The notes below the pieces were generated by a model. That model was not told the origin of the DNA. It did not search any database and worked only from the letters and a program-made list of their open reading frames with translations. Below, one piece after another: positions 1 to 10,482 of a stretch of DNA of 64,000 bases (position 1 is its first letter; every line of letters begins with the position of its first letter). Made by a program: the position numbers and the translations under genes. This stretch comes from Candidatus Villigracilis saccharophilus (GTDB lineage Bacteria; Chloroflexota; Anaerolineae; Anaerolineales; Villigracilaceae): NCBI GenBank assembly GCA_016709305.1, contig JADJNA010000053.1, forward strand, positions 3,840 to 67,839. The letters run 5' to 3'.

Positions 1-1
1 C

Positions 2-1577
2 ATGAATGTGCTGGTGTGCGACGAAAAAGGCTCGCTCTCTCTTGCAGGTGTAATGGGCGGTTCCGAATCTGAAGTATATGATGCATCCAAAGAAGTATTG
101 GATGCGATAGGCGTTGAAATCAAGTCTGGCGAAATGCCGCAGGGAAAAACCACCTCGCGTGGAAAGAGCACTGTCAATGTCCTGCTCGAAGGCGCGGCGT
201 GGAATTTCATCAACATCCGCCGCACCGCCAAGCAGCATAATCTTCCTTCCGAAGCGTCGTTCCGTTTTTCACGCGGCGTGCATCCTGCACTGGCTGAAAC
301 TGGCGTGAGGCGCGGCTTGCAATACATGGCCGCCTGGGCAAACGGAGCCATCGCGCCGGCCCTGTGGACGCATATCCACATAAACCCAAGGATTCCGTGG
401 TTGAGGTGACACCAAAAGACGTAAAGAGACTGCTTGGCATTGAACTCACAAATGAAGAAATTGCCGCGCTCCTCGCTCATCTTGAATTCAATTGTGTGAT
501 CACAGGCAGCGGCGTGAAAGTCACCGCACCCGCCCATCGCATGGACATTGAGGAAGGCGTCGTCGGTCTTGCAGACGTACTTGAAGAAGTTGCACGATCA
601 TACGGCTTCGATAGGATTCCAACCACCACCATGGCTGACGCTTTGCCTCCGCAGGTTGGAAATCCAGTCCACGAGTGGGAGGAACGCCTGCGTGATCTGC
701 TCGTCGCGATCGGCTTGCAAGAAGTAGTGACCTATCGCATGACCTCGCCCGAACGTGAAGGCCGTGTGGTGACGCACAACGAATATGTCCGCATCGCAAA
801 TCCGATCGCGCCTGAACGCAGCGTTTTGCGTCAAAGCCTGCTCGCTTCGGTGCTTGAAGTTGCCGAGAAAAATGCCAAAGCAGAATCAATTGCAATGTTT
901 GAAGTGGGCTCGATCTTCGAGCCGGTCAAGAACGATCTGCCCAACGAGCCGCGCAGGCTCGGCATCGTGATGACGGGCGCCCGCATTGCGCCCGCGTGGG
1001 ATGTGAAAGACTCACCTGCTTTCGACTTCTACGATATGAAGGGGCGCATCGAACTCCTTTTGGCCGGCCTCCGTTTCACAGACATTGTCTATGCTGAGAG
1101 TGAGTCTGCTTACAACATGCACCCGGGCAAATCTGCCGAGGTGAAAGTGAATGGACAGGTCGTGGGAGTATTCGGCGAACTGCATCCGCTGGCAAAGGAA
1201 AAATATGAATTTGGTGATGCCCCGTGATTGTGGCAGAATTCGATCTAGAAAAATTGCGCACGCTGAGCCCATCCTTTGGCATTAAGCCGGTCTCAGAATT
1301 CCCGCCGATGTATGAAGATATTGCCGTCATCCTTGATGAATCAGTCGCCGCATCTGCCGTCGAAGCATTGATCAGGCAAACGGGCGGTAAGACCGTGACC
1401 GACGTCCGCCTGTTCGATGTCTATCGCGATGAAAAGATCGGGGCTGGCAAAAAGTCACTGGCGTACAGTCTCACCTACCAGGCTGAGAAAACGCTGACCG
1501 ATGCCGACGCCGCGGCGATCCGAAACAAGATCGTCAAACGGCTGGAGCATACCGTCGGAGCAAAATTAAGGTCATAG
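2..1577 (+). CDS. pheT: Phenylalanyl-tRNA synthetase beta subunit (5'-truncated by window; split by two apparent frameshifts)
   Basis: AGVMGG..SEV and EASFRFSRGV (B3/4 domain); P.HRMDI..ADVLEEVARSYG (B5); LRQSLLASVL; C-terminal FDX-ACB 'LFDVYR..GKKSLAYSLTYQ..TLTD' across ORFs 2-409, 364-1227, 1224-1577. Confidence 0.95.
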
Positions 1578-1580
1578 TAC

Positions 1581-1618
1581 AAACGGGATGCGGGAAAACT
1601 TGCATCCCGTTTTTTTTG
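1581..1618 (+). terminator. Rho-independent terminator after pheT
   Basis: aaacgggatgc-N-gcatcccgttttttttt hairpin plus T-tract. Confidence 0.8.
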
Positions 1619-1662
1619 AATGTATACTCGGTTTAAATCTAATTTATCACAGGAGAAAAGAA

Positions 1663-1959
1663 ATGGATCCCAAAACAAAAGGAATTATTGCGACCATTGC
1701 CTCAGTTGTATTATGCGGCTGCCCGGGTTTGTTCATGTGCTTCCTCGGGGCGACCTCTGTTTTTGCAAGCAGCATTCCTGGAGCAGACATCGATGTGATG
1801 GGCAGCAGTGACCCAGCCGCCGCAACCACCATGGGAATAGTATTTTTGTGTCTGTCCCTGATCTTTATTGCCATCCCGATCGCAGTTGGTTTCTTCTCCT
1901 TCCGCAAAAAACCAGCGGTAGTGGTCTCGAATAACGAGCCTATTCCCCCGGCTTCTTAA
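1663..1959 (+). CDS. Small membrane protein, 2 TM
   Basis: RBS aggag upstream of ATG 1663; two hydrophobic segments, LCGCPG motif. Confidence 0.7.
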   Translation: MDPKTKGIIATIASVVLCGCPGLFMCFLGATSVFASSIPGADIDVMGSSDPAAATTMGIVFLCLSLIFIAIPIAVGFFSFRKKPAVVVSNNEPIPPAS

Positions 1960-1960
1960 T

Positions 1961-1998
1961 AAAAAAATCCTCCAAGTAGAAACTTGGAGGATTTTTTT
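1961..1998. terminator. Bidirectional terminator
   Basis: aaaaaaatcctccaagt-agaa-acttggaggattttttt between convergent genes. Confidence 0.8.
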
Positions 1999-2644
1999 AT
2001 TTTACGATGATCGTCAACTTCATTGAGCAGAAGGTGTTCTTTCCGCTCGTGATCTTCCATGTGGTAGTGTAGGTACCCGTACTGTCGGGCGCTTTCATGT
2101 CTACAACAATATCGGTCTGCCGTCCGGGAGAAACGCTCTTATTCAGATCGTAGATCGGAGCCTTGTGGAGTTTATCCCCGCTGTTATAGCGATAGTCCGC
2201 ATTGTTTGAATCCCACGCATTCTTTCCAATGTTCGTCACCAGCCAGTGAGCATCAAAATCAGCGCCGCGCGCAAAGACAGTATCGTCCGGCGGAGTCTTG
2301 GAATCCACGCGGCATGCAAATTGCGCCCCGGAATCCGATGTGTCCAGTGTCGGCGTGGAGGATGGCACGGTTGGGGTGGAAAGGATGAAGATAAAAGTCG
2401 GCGTGGGCGATTCTGTGGGCGGCGGCGTTTTCGAAGGCAGCATTGTCACTGTTGGTGTCAAGGAGGGCGGCATCATTAATGCGGTTTGAGTGGCGGCCGC
2501 TCCGGCAGTCAACACAATGGCGGTATTGATCGAGTTCGGGTCAAAGGTCGGAGCAGGTACGGACGCAGGAACAAGCGTAGGCGTGCAAGCAAGCACGAGC
2601 GCTACGATCAGTAAAAAAGAGAATATCCTAAGGTTCCGTTGCAT
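1997..2644 (-). CDS. Lipoprotein with Pro/Thr linker and C-terminal NBR1-Ig-like domain
   Basis: Lipobox VLAC; PT-rich linker; 'PPDDTVF..G..F...W.V.N.G...W...V.PG......DM.AP...G.Y.T.W' pattern. Confidence 0.7.
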   Translation of the reverse strand: MQRNLRIFSFLLIVALVLACTPTLVPASVPAPTFDPNSINTAIVLTAGAAATQTALMMPPSLTPTVTMLPSKTPPPTESPTPTFIFILSTPTVPSSTPTLDTSDSGAQFACRVDSKTPPDDTVFARGADFDAHWLVTNIGKNAWDSNNADYRYNSGDKLHKAPIYDLNKSVSPGRQTDIVVDMKAPDSTGTYTTTWKITSGKNTFCSMKLTIIVK

Positions 2645-2664
2645 CTTTGTTTCTCCTACAAACC

Positions 2665-3297
2665 CTACTTCACATCGATCGCTACATATGGAAAGCAGGC
2701 TTGTCCCTGCACGGTCCAAGTCATCACCCTGGGGCCGGTTTCAGCGGGGGCATTCGCGTCCATGACGATCTGGTAGGTATCACCGGGTTTCATTTGTTTT
2801 GGAATTTCAACGATATTGACCGTTGCCATTTTTGGACCGCTAAAATACTTGACATCATAGCCTGCATCCCAGGTCTTTGTTCCAGTATTTACAATGGTCC
2901 ATTTTATATCGAAACTGTCTCCATGATGAATTTCAGTCATGTCATGAGGACGGCGGTTGATCACGTCACAGGCATAGTCGGGTTTTGACACAGCCACGCT
3001 GCCACCGCTGCTGACAGACTGCGGAATCACAGGTATGGCCGTGACGGTTGGCACAACGGGTGTAAATGTTGGGATCGTGATCGGCGTGTTCGTTGGCACG
3101 ACCTCAACCGTCGCGGTCGCCAACGGGATCTGCGCCGCCACGGTCAACTCCACAGATTCTGCGATCTGCCTTTCGGCTTCCAAGGTCTGCGCCACAGCAG
3201 TATTGATCTGTGACTGAATCTGTTCCGGGCTTTGTCCCGGGGCACAGCCTGCCAAAACTGCAGCAATTATCATTAACGCGATCAAACTTCTTTTCAT
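2665..3297 (-). CDS. Lipoprotein with NBR1-Ig-like domain (paralog of neighbour)
   Basis: Lipobox LAGC; 'P.D.T.I..GDSF.IKWTIVNTG..TW...MKPG...I.MD.NAP'. Confidence 0.7.
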   Translation of the reverse strand: MKRSLIALMIIAAVLAGCAPGQSPEQIQSQINTAVAQTLEAERQIAESVELTVAAQIPLATATVEVVPTNTPITIPTFTPVVPTVTAIPVIPQSVSSGGSVAVSKPDYACDVINRRPHDMTEIHHGDSFDIKWTIVNTGTKTWDAGYDVKYFSGPKMATVNIVEIPKQMKPGDTYQIVMDANAPAETGPRVMTWTVQGQACFPYVAIDVK

Positions 3298-3331
3298 TTT
3301 TATCTCCTTTTCGAGAGTCCTCAGTCATTGC

Positions 3332-4664
3332 CTAATCGGTCTCACCGGACCCGATCCCAAGCGGTTTCCACTTGTTCTCATCCTTTAATCGGTGTTGGAT
3401 ACCATCACGATTATGTAATTCATCAAAACCTTCCGGGTTTGATGCATAGCTGGTCGCCATCAAGCAGGCCGGTCAGGCCGGTCTGGCCGGGTTCTGGTCG
3501 TTTGCTTTGACAGAATTTACACGTCTTCGGGTCGTGTGACTTGTACTCGGTCGGCTCTTCGTAGCTTGTCACATATCCTTCGTAGTTACGCACGATCACC
3601 TTATGATCAGACATGCTCAACAGGTAATTGGGCATGACAGGAATCTTACCCCCCCCGCCAGGGGCATCCACAATGAACTGCGGGACGGCATAGCCGGAGG
3701 TATGTCCGCGCAGGCCTTCAATAATCTCAATGCCTTTTGCAACCGGAGTGCGGAAGTGTCCCGATCCTTCGACCAGATCACATTGATACAGATAATACGG
3801 GCGCACGCGGATACGGGTTAATTTCTGCACCAGTTCACGCTGCATATGAACGCAATCATTGACGCCCGCAAGCAGGACGGACTGATTGCCCAGGGGAATA
3901 CCGGCACGACTCATGCGGTCGCAGGCTTCGGCAAGTTCCTTGGAAATTTCATTCGGATGATTGACATGGATATTCAACCAGAGCGGGTGGAATTTCGCGA
4001 GCATGTCGCATAATTCCTGCGTAATGCGCATTGGCATAAAGACCGGCACACGCGACCCAATACGGACAATTTCAATATGCGGGATCTCGCGTAAGCGGGT
4101 GAGCAATTCTTCCAGAATTTTTGGAGCCAAAACAAGCGGATCACCACCGGAGAGCAGCACATCACGCACCTGCGGAGTGCGCTTGAGATATTCGATCTGC
4201 ATCTCGAAATCCTGGCGGTTGAAGGTTTGGCCGGGGTCGCCTACAATGCGTGAGCGTGTGCAGTAACGACAATACGACGCGCACTGGGTCGTTACCAGCA
4301 TGAGAACTCTATCAGGGTAACGGTGAACAAGTCCAGGCACGGGGGAGTGGCGGTCTTCCGCCAGCGAATCCTCCATCATGGAGGTAAAGGCGTTCATTTC
4401 CTCTGAAACAGGGATGATCTGCTTGCGAACGGGATCATTCGGGTCTTCAGGGTCGATCAAAGAAATAAAATAAGGCGTCACATCCACGCGGAACAGACCT
4501 TGAGTTTGCAGAGCCTTGCGTTCACTCTCAGTGAGATTCAAGACCTTTTCGATATCTTCCACAGTGTTCAGACGGTGACTTAACTGCCAGCGCCAATCGT
4601 TCCATTTTTCATCTGGAACATCAGCGTAAATTGGCGCGCGTTTTGAAATAATGGGTGTGGGCAT
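3332..4664 (-). CDS. kamA: Lysine 2,3-aminomutase (radical SAM, KamA family); C-terminus frameshifted near 3435
   Basis: HRYPDR, CASYCRYCTR (CxxxCxxC), SGGDPL, RIGSR, NQSVLL, DAPGGGGKIP; alternate frame continues EGFDELH..KWKPLGIG to a stop at 3332. Confidence 0.9.
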
Positions 4665-4848
4665 TTTTCCTCCGAAAAATTTTAGGGTTAAAGTTTGACA
4701 ACGCGGGATCAGCGCGCAAGTGGAGGGTCATGATCCGGTCGAAAAAATCCTGCAAATTTCAGCAACATCTTAAACATTGTAAATTCAAACGGAATGCGGG
4801 TCAATGTCATTATTTTTCGAGAGTACAATTGGGACAAAGGATAAATTT

Positions 4849-5118
4849 ATGCTGAACTCCGACCTTACAGTTATTCATCTCCCCGAACAGAAAAGTTTTG
4901 AAGTACGCCTCGATACATTTACGGCTGAATTAAATTATCACTTGAGCGCAGACACCATCACCTTTACACACACAGTCGTCCCTGCCGCACTCGAAGGGCG
5001 CGGGATCGGAAGCCTGCTGGTACGCGCAGGGTTAAAATATGCCAAAGAAAATAACCTCAAAGTGCACTCACTGTGCTGGTTTGTGGACAAATATCGCCAG
5101 CGTCATCCAAACGAATGA
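4849..5118 (+). CDS. Small GNAT acetyltransferase (YjdJ-like)
   Basis: HT.VP.ALEGRGIGSLLV..GL.YA......V..LCWFV. Confidence 0.85.
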   Translation: MLNSDLTVIHLPEQKSFEVRLDTFTAELNYHLSADTITFTHTVVPAALEGRGIGSLLVRAGLKYAKENNLKVHSLCWFVDKYRQRHPNE

Positions 5119-5164
5119 GCTGGCTTACTTAATCAATTCATGCTGACACGCCATTCTTTTATTG

Positions 5165-6316
5165 ATGAATATCCTGCTTAGCGGCGGGCGCGCGCCCGCC
5201 ACACTTGACCTCGCCCGCGCATTTCATAGAGCTGGCCATAGAGTCTTTATGGCTGAATCTTTTCGTGCGCATATATCCCAGCCAAGCAACGCCATTACAA
5301 AAAATTTCTTTGTGCCATCGCCGCGCTACCAAACAAAGGCATTTATCCAGGCGCTGAGAAATATCATCGTTGACAATAAAATAAATCTATTCATTCCCAC
5401 AGGCGAAGAGATATTCTATGCCGCCATGGAACGCAATGAGTTACCCTGTGCCGTTTTTTCCGAGTCCATCACGAAATTAAATCAACTGCACAGCAAATGG
5501 AGTTTTGTCATTAGCGCAATGGCGAATGATCTTCCCGCGCCTGAGACGATGCTCATCAGATCAAAAGACGATCTATTTCACGCGTACGCACAATGGCGGG
5601 AACTTGTTCTTAAGCCGGTTTATTCCCGCTTCGCCTCGCAGACCATGATCCTGCCTCCGTTAAAACTGGCATTATCCACCCTGAAGTTTGACCCTGCCAT
5701 TCCCTGGGTGGCGCAGGGCTACACCTCTGGGAAGCATTACAGCACCTACAGCATCTGCCATCATGGACATATTACCGCCCATACCGCCTATCCCGCCACA
5801 TTTAAAGCTGGATTGGGAACGGTCGTCGCTTTTCAACATATTGAACATCCGGCAATGTTCAAATGGGTAAAAACATTTGTCGAGAAAAATAAATTCACAG
5901 GCCAGATTGGTTTTGATTTCATTGAGAAAGCGGATGGACAGCTTGTCGCTCTGGAATGTAATCCGCGCACGACAAGCGGCGCGCATCTGCTTGCATCCAA
6001 CCCAAAGTTTACAGAAGCATTCTATAATCCTCATCAGCAATGCGCCACCCCGATCAATCACCGTCCCCTTATGCTTGCAATCGGAATGCTGATCCACGGG
6101 TTACCGGCAGCGCTTCAGAAAAAACAATTCAAGACCTGGTTGGAAACATTCCTCAGCAGTGATGATGTGATCCTGGATTATAAAGACCCGCGCCCCGCCC
6201 TGCTTCAATTCCGCAGATTTTTCACCCTGTTATCCATCTCATGGAAGAACCGGATCAGCCCGTTTGAAGCCAGAACCTTCGATGTTGAATGGAACGGGGA
6301 TGAGAAAAGAGGTTGA
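5165..6316 (+). CDS. ATP-grasp domain protein
   Basis: ILLSGGRAPATLDLAR, IPTGEE, VLKPVYSRFA, GQIGFDFI, ECNPRTTSG. Confidence 0.8.
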   Translation: MNILLSGGRAPATLDLARAFHRAGHRVFMAESFRAHISQPSNAITKNFFVPSPRYQTKAFIQALRNIIVDNKINLFIPTGEEIFYAAMERNELPCAVFSESITKLNQLHSKWSFVISAMANDLPAPETMLIRSKDDLFHAYAQWRELVLKPVYSRFASQTMILPPLKLALSTLKFDPAIPWVAQGYTSGKHYSTYSICHHGHITAHTAYPATFKAGLGTVVAFQHIEHPAMFKWVKTFVEKNKFTGQIGFDFIEKADGQLVALECNPRTTSGAHLLASNPKFTEAFYNPHQQCATPINHRPLMLAIGMLIHGLPAALQKKQFKTWLETFLSSDDVILDYKDPRPALLQFRRFFTLLSISWKNRISPFEARTFDVEWNGDEKRG

Positions 6317-6401
6317 TGTGCCGCAGCGATGAGGATCAACTTCTCACTTCAGTATATGACCTCGTGTATGAGTTGGATTATTTAAAACAAGGGTGGTAAA
6401 T

Positions 6402-6737
6402 TCACCCGCCCGCAATTTTTACTTTATACCCCATCTTCCTCAACACTTCGGCAATCTTCTCACGGTGCTCGCCCTGAATTTCGATCACGCCATCCTTGAT
6501 GGTCCCGCCTGTGCCGCAATCCTGTTTTAATTTCTTCGCCAATGTTTTCAAGTCATTTTCAGAAAGAACAAGCTTCTTCACCAGTGTCACAGCCTTTCCA
6601 CCGCGCCCGTTGGATTCTCGATGCAGATACACAGTCTGCTGCTGAGACGGCAGGGAATTATCATGGGAGGATCCGCTTTGTTTCTTACGCAGATCTCCAT
6701 CTTCAGACGACCATACAGTTTTATTGTCATTTGACAT
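6402..6737 (-). CDS. yciH: Translation initiation factor SUI1 family protein
   Basis: GRGGKAVT, LAKKLKQDCGTGGTIKDGVIEIQGEHR. Confidence 0.9.
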   Translation of the reverse strand: MSNDNKTVWSSEDGDLRKKQSGSSHDNSLPSQQQTVYLHRESNGRGGKAVTLVKKLVLSENDLKTLAKKLKQDCGTGGTIKDGVIEIQGEHREKIAEVLRKMGYKVKIAGG

Positions 6738-6770
6738 AGCTTAATTATAGCGAACTATTTCCACCGCTCT

Positions 6771-7406
6771 CTACCCCAATAATCCTTTCTGCGCCGCGAC
6801 GGCGACAGCGGCGGCGCGCGAATCCACCCCGTATTTTTGATAAATACTTGCAAGGTGCGCTTTGACCGTGCGTTCGGTGATTCCCAATTTAAATGCGATC
6901 TCCTTATTACGCTCGCCCCGCGCGGCGGACTGTAACACTTCAAGCTCACGCTCTGTCAGCATAGAGTCAGTTTGGGGTGCGGAGACAGGCTTTGGCTGAG
7001 GCGCGAGTACGCGGGCAAGGATATCCGGCTTTAACAATGTTTCACCCCTTGCGGCGGCGTGGATCGCATCCAGCAAATTTTCACGGCTGGAGTCCTTGAG
7101 TAAATATCCACGCGCGCCAGATTGCAAGCCGCGAATCATCAAGTCATCTTCGTTGTAGGTGGTGAGGATGACGATGGCGATCTGCGGATGATCTTTGCGA
7201 AGATGTTCAATAGCGGTGATGCCGTCCATGCGCGGCATTTGCAGATCCATGAGGATGACATCAGGCTTGAGTTCGGGCACAAGCCGCAGACACTCCGCGC
7301 CGTCCACAGCTTCGCCGACAACTTCAAGATCATCGGTGGTTTCGAGAATCAGCCGTAAGCCCTCACGGACAATGAGATGGTCATCGGTGATCATCACGCG
7401 GATCAT
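6771..7406 (-). CDS. NarL/LuxR-family response regulator
   Basis: DDHLIVREG, DVILMDLQMP, LTERELEVL..NKEIA..L.ITERTVKAH. Confidence 0.95.
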   Translation of the reverse strand: MIRVMITDDHLIVREGLRLILETTDDLEVVGEAVDGAECLRLVPELKPDVILMDLQMPRMDGITAIEHLRKDHPQIAIVILTTYNEDDLMIRGLQSGARGYLLKDSSRENLLDAIHAAARGETLLKPDILARVLAPQPKPVSAPQTDSMLTERELEVLQSAARGERNKEIAFKLGITERTVKAHLASIYQKYGVDSRAAAVAVAAQKGLLG

Positions 7407-8608
7407 TACGACCTCCCCACGATGAATTGAATGCACGTGCCGCCATTATTTGATTCAATGGAAAGCGTGCCGCCTGTCAGGCGTGCGCGCTCGTGCATCC
7501 CAACCAGGCCATAACTTCCGCTTGACTTTTGATTCACATCGAAACCCTTTCCGTTGTCGCGGACTTCAAGTTCGAGGTTTTGATCTTGAAGCACCCACTT
7601 CACCTGCACTTGTGCCGCCTGTGCGTGGCGGGCGATGTTTGTCAATGATTCGCTCAGGATGTTGAGCGCATGGCTGGTCGTTTCAGAGGGTAGTTGATTT
7701 TTGTTTACAGAGATTTCCAATCCACAGGGAATTCCTGTCACCTGTGTGAAGCGCTCTATTTTCTCGCGCACTGCTTCGGTTAAGTTTGCAGGTGCGGCGC
7801 GCAGATCATCGATGGCGGCGCGGGATTCAGCAAGGGTGCTGCGGGCGCGGGTGATGGACTGCTCAACGATGGCTGATGCGCGTTCGATTCGATTCGCGCC
7901 AAGGTGCGCTTTGACCGCTTCAAGCTGCAAGACCAGTCCCGCCACGCCTTGCGCGAGCGTGTCATGCAATTCGCGCGCCATACGCTGACGTTCATTCTGC
8001 AGCGTGAGCGATTCTATTTTCGCGGCAGAGGCGGCAAGTTTGGCATTAGCGCTTTCAAGCGACTCGGCCAGATCCACGGCTTTTTGACGCTCGGCCAATT
8101 GCTGATTTAGCACCACCATAAACAGGATGATAAAACCACCGTTGATAAGCAGGGTTGAAAAGGCAGCTCCCAGGTCGCCAGGTGCAACGAGACGAAGAAG
8201 CATCACCAATGTCACGGCAGAGTAGAACAAACCCAATTTCAAGGCACGCCATGTATTCCCCCATAAACCCAGAACCTCGCCGATGATGGAGATCATCGCA
8301 GACCCGAGAATGGTCAGGTGAATTTGCGTTCCATAAGGAATAGCCACCAACGCAACAATGAGAATGGTTTGAGCAAAATAATAAAACTCCCACCAATACT
8401 CGCTTTGGAATTGCCTCAGGTTCAGCCAATATAAACCTATATGAAGGGTGAAAAGCACTCCACACAGGACGGCATAAAACAAGGAACCTGTGTTCCTCAC
8501 ATCCCGAATACAGATTACGGCAATTACCCCGAGCAGGACGGTAATAAAAATATAGAAAGGAAATCCAACAAACTGGCCTTTTTGCGAATTGGTTTGTTCC
8601 ATGTACAT
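7406..8608 (-). CDS. Membrane sensor histidine kinase (HisKA_3)
   Basis: N-terminal TMs; ERQRMARELHDTLAQ; ESLTNIARHA; DNGKGFD; GLVGMHERA. Confidence 0.95.
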   Translation of the reverse strand: MYMEQTNSQKGQFVGFPFYIFITVLLGVIAVICIRDVRNTGSLFYAVLCGVLFTLHIGLYWLNLRQFQSEYWWEFYYFAQTILIVALVAIPYGTQIHLTILGSAMISIIGEVLGLWGNTWRALKLGLFYSAVTLVMLLRLVAPGDLGAAFSTLLINGGFIILFMVVLNQQLAERQKAVDLAESLESANAKLAASAAKIESLTLQNERQRMARELHDTLAQGVAGLVLQLEAVKAHLGANRIERASAIVEQSITRARSTLAESRAAIDDLRAAPANLTEAVREKIERFTQVTGIPCGLEISVNKNQLPSETTSHALNILSESLTNIARHAQAAQVQVKWVLQDQNLELEVRDNGKGFDVNQKSSGSYGLVGMHERARLTGGTLSIESNNGGTCIQFIVGRS

Positions 8609-8781
8609 ATTCTACCTGAGGCAGATGCACGTTCATATTGTCCGAACGGACAGTGTCCGCTTTTGCACGGAATGGCCGATGTGGAAAGCAGTGCGGGCCC
8701 ATACAATGAAAATATATCGACCACAGATCACGGTCAACTATCTACCGTCAATCATCAATCTTCCAAATACAGGAGACCTTC

Positions 8782-10245
8782 ATGAACAGGAAATATCTCT
8801 ACCTCGCAATCATCTTCATCCTCGGCTTATTCATCGGCGGCAAGTGGAACATCCCGCTCGCGGCTTGGATCGTGCCCATCTTCGGCATCCGCTTCTTCCG
8901 CGACAGCGACAAGGCTGGGCGCGACTTCCTTTTGCTTTGGCTCGTGTCTGCCGTCTCCACCGTCATTTCATGGCAGGGCGCAACTTTCATATCCAAAATC
9001 CATCCTCTGGCTGAAGCGGGTTTCTTTCTGCTCATGGCTCCCATCGGTCTGCTTCCCTACGTCATCGACCGTATGTACCATCGCCGCTTCGGCTCCTCCG
9101 CGTGGCTGACGCTTGTGTATCCAATCGCCGCCACCGCCATGGATTTCTTCTCGGCCAGCGGGAGTCCGTTCGGGACATTTGGCGCGGGCGCGTATTCCCA
9201 GCGGGATTTTCTCACGGTTATGCAAATCGCTTCCATCACCGGATTGTGGGGTATCACATTCGTCGCCAGCTGGTTTGCGAGTTTGACAAACCAGCTCTGG
9301 GAAAGCGGATTCAAATTCACACCCCTTTCGCTGACTTTCGCGGGGATAGTCGCTCTGATCCTTGGTCTTGGATTTGGGCGGATTCTGCTCCCATCCCAAC
9401 CAAAACAAACCGCCCAGATCGCTGGTTTCTCACTTCCAAACGGAAAACTGCAAGAGGCGTTGAATCAACTTCAGGCGAAGGATGAAGCGGGCTTTCGTCA
9501 AACAGCGCAAGAATTACACGCGCAGGAATTGGATCAAATCCGTTCATTCGCGCAAAGCGGAGCGGATATCATTGTCTTGCAGGAAGGCGCGGGCCTGGGC
9601 TATACCGATCAGATCGAAAAGTTATTGGCTGAAGCTTCGGTAATGGCGAAGGAAGAAAATATCTACATCGTTTTGCCTACTTTCGATTTTGAAAAAAAGC
9701 CGGCTGAGAATATTGTTCATATTATCGCCCCGAACGACGGCATCGTGTTGGAGCATGTCAAGTATGGCGGCAATCAATTTGAAGGCTCACTGGCAGGCAA
9801 TGGGACTTTACAAACTGTGGATACTCCCCATGGAAAACTCAGCGCAGTGATCTGTTGGGATGCCGACTTTCCTGCAGTGATCAAACAAGCTGGCGAAAAA
9901 AATGTAGATTTGATGTTCGTGCCATCCAATGACTGGCTTGAAGTCAAAGACATTCATACTGGCATGGCCACCTTTCGCGCCGTCGAGAACGGCCTGTCCA
10001 TCTTCCGCCAGACAGGTCAGGGGGTATCGTCGGTGACAGATGCCTATGGGCGTCAGATCAACCGCGTGGATATGTTCACAGAGAATGCAATTGGATTTAC
10101 AGGGATTCAAAATGTGAAAACTCCGATCGGCTCAGTGGATACGCTTTATATTTTGATCGGTGATGGGTTCGGCTGGGCAATGCAGATCGGGCTTCTGGTT
10201 TTGCTGGCGATCTTGTGTTTGAACCGAAAAAAGAAACCTGCATAA
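8782..10245 (+). CDS. Membrane-bound nitrilase-superfamily enzyme (apolipoprotein N-acyltransferase-like)
   Basis: Multi-TM N-terminus with Q.AS.TGLWG; candidate E-K-C triad LQEG / HVKYG / ICWD; FRAVENG. Confidence 0.75.
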   Translation: MNRKYLYLAIIFILGLFIGGKWNIPLAAWIVPIFGIRFFRDSDKAGRDFLLLWLVSAVSTVISWQGATFISKIHPLAEAGFFLLMAPIGLLPYVIDRMYHRRFGSSAWLTLVYPIAATAMDFFSASGSPFGTFGAGAYSQRDFLTVMQIASITGLWGITFVASWFASLTNQLWESGFKFTPLSLTFAGIVALILGLGFGRILLPSQPKQTAQIAGFSLPNGKLQEALNQLQAKDEAGFRQTAQELHAQELDQIRSFAQSGADIIVLQEGAGLGYTDQIEKLLAEASVMAKEENIYIVLPTFDFEKKPAENIVHIIAPNDGIVLEHVKYGGNQFEGSLAGNGTLQTVDTPHGKLSAVICWDADFPAVIKQAGEKNVDLMFVPSNDWLEVKDIHTGMATFRAVENGLSIFRQTGQGVSSVTDAYGRQINRVDMFTENAIGFTGIQNVKTPIGSVDTLYILIGDGFGWAMQIGLLVLLAILCLNRKKKPA

Positions 10246-10272
10246 AATTATCCCCTAACACTGTTTCCAAAA

Positions 10273-10305
10273 AGGAAAACGCGTTCCATCTGGAACGCGT
10301 TTTCT
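10273..10305. terminator. Bidirectional terminator
   Basis: gaaaacgcgttcca-tc-tggaacgcgttttc. Confidence 0.75.
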
Positions 10306-10308
10306 TAA

Positions 10309-10399
10309 TGGCGGGAGGGCGGGATTCGAACCCGCGACCGGTTTTAAAGCCGGCACTCACTTAGCAGGCGAGCCCATTCAGCCACTCTGGCACCTCCCC
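10309..10399 (-). tRNA. tRNA-Ser (GCT)
   Basis: Reverse complement GGGGAGGTGCCAGAGTGGCTGAATGGGCTCGCCT-GCT-AAGTGAG..long variable arm..GGTTCGAATCC..GCCA. Confidence 0.93.
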
Positions 10400-10482
10400 A
10401 TTTTTTTGTAGTAGCGACTTCTTACATTCGGCCAGTCGCACAGGGACAGTTGCTAAAGCTGTCACTACGGATAAGATCAGCC

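Noticed and set aside
3332-5118. kamA + GNAT as an ablAB N-epsilon-acetyl-beta-lysine osmolyte operon
   Set aside because: The GNAT is divergently transcribed, only about 89 aa and YjdJ-like, not AblB-sized.
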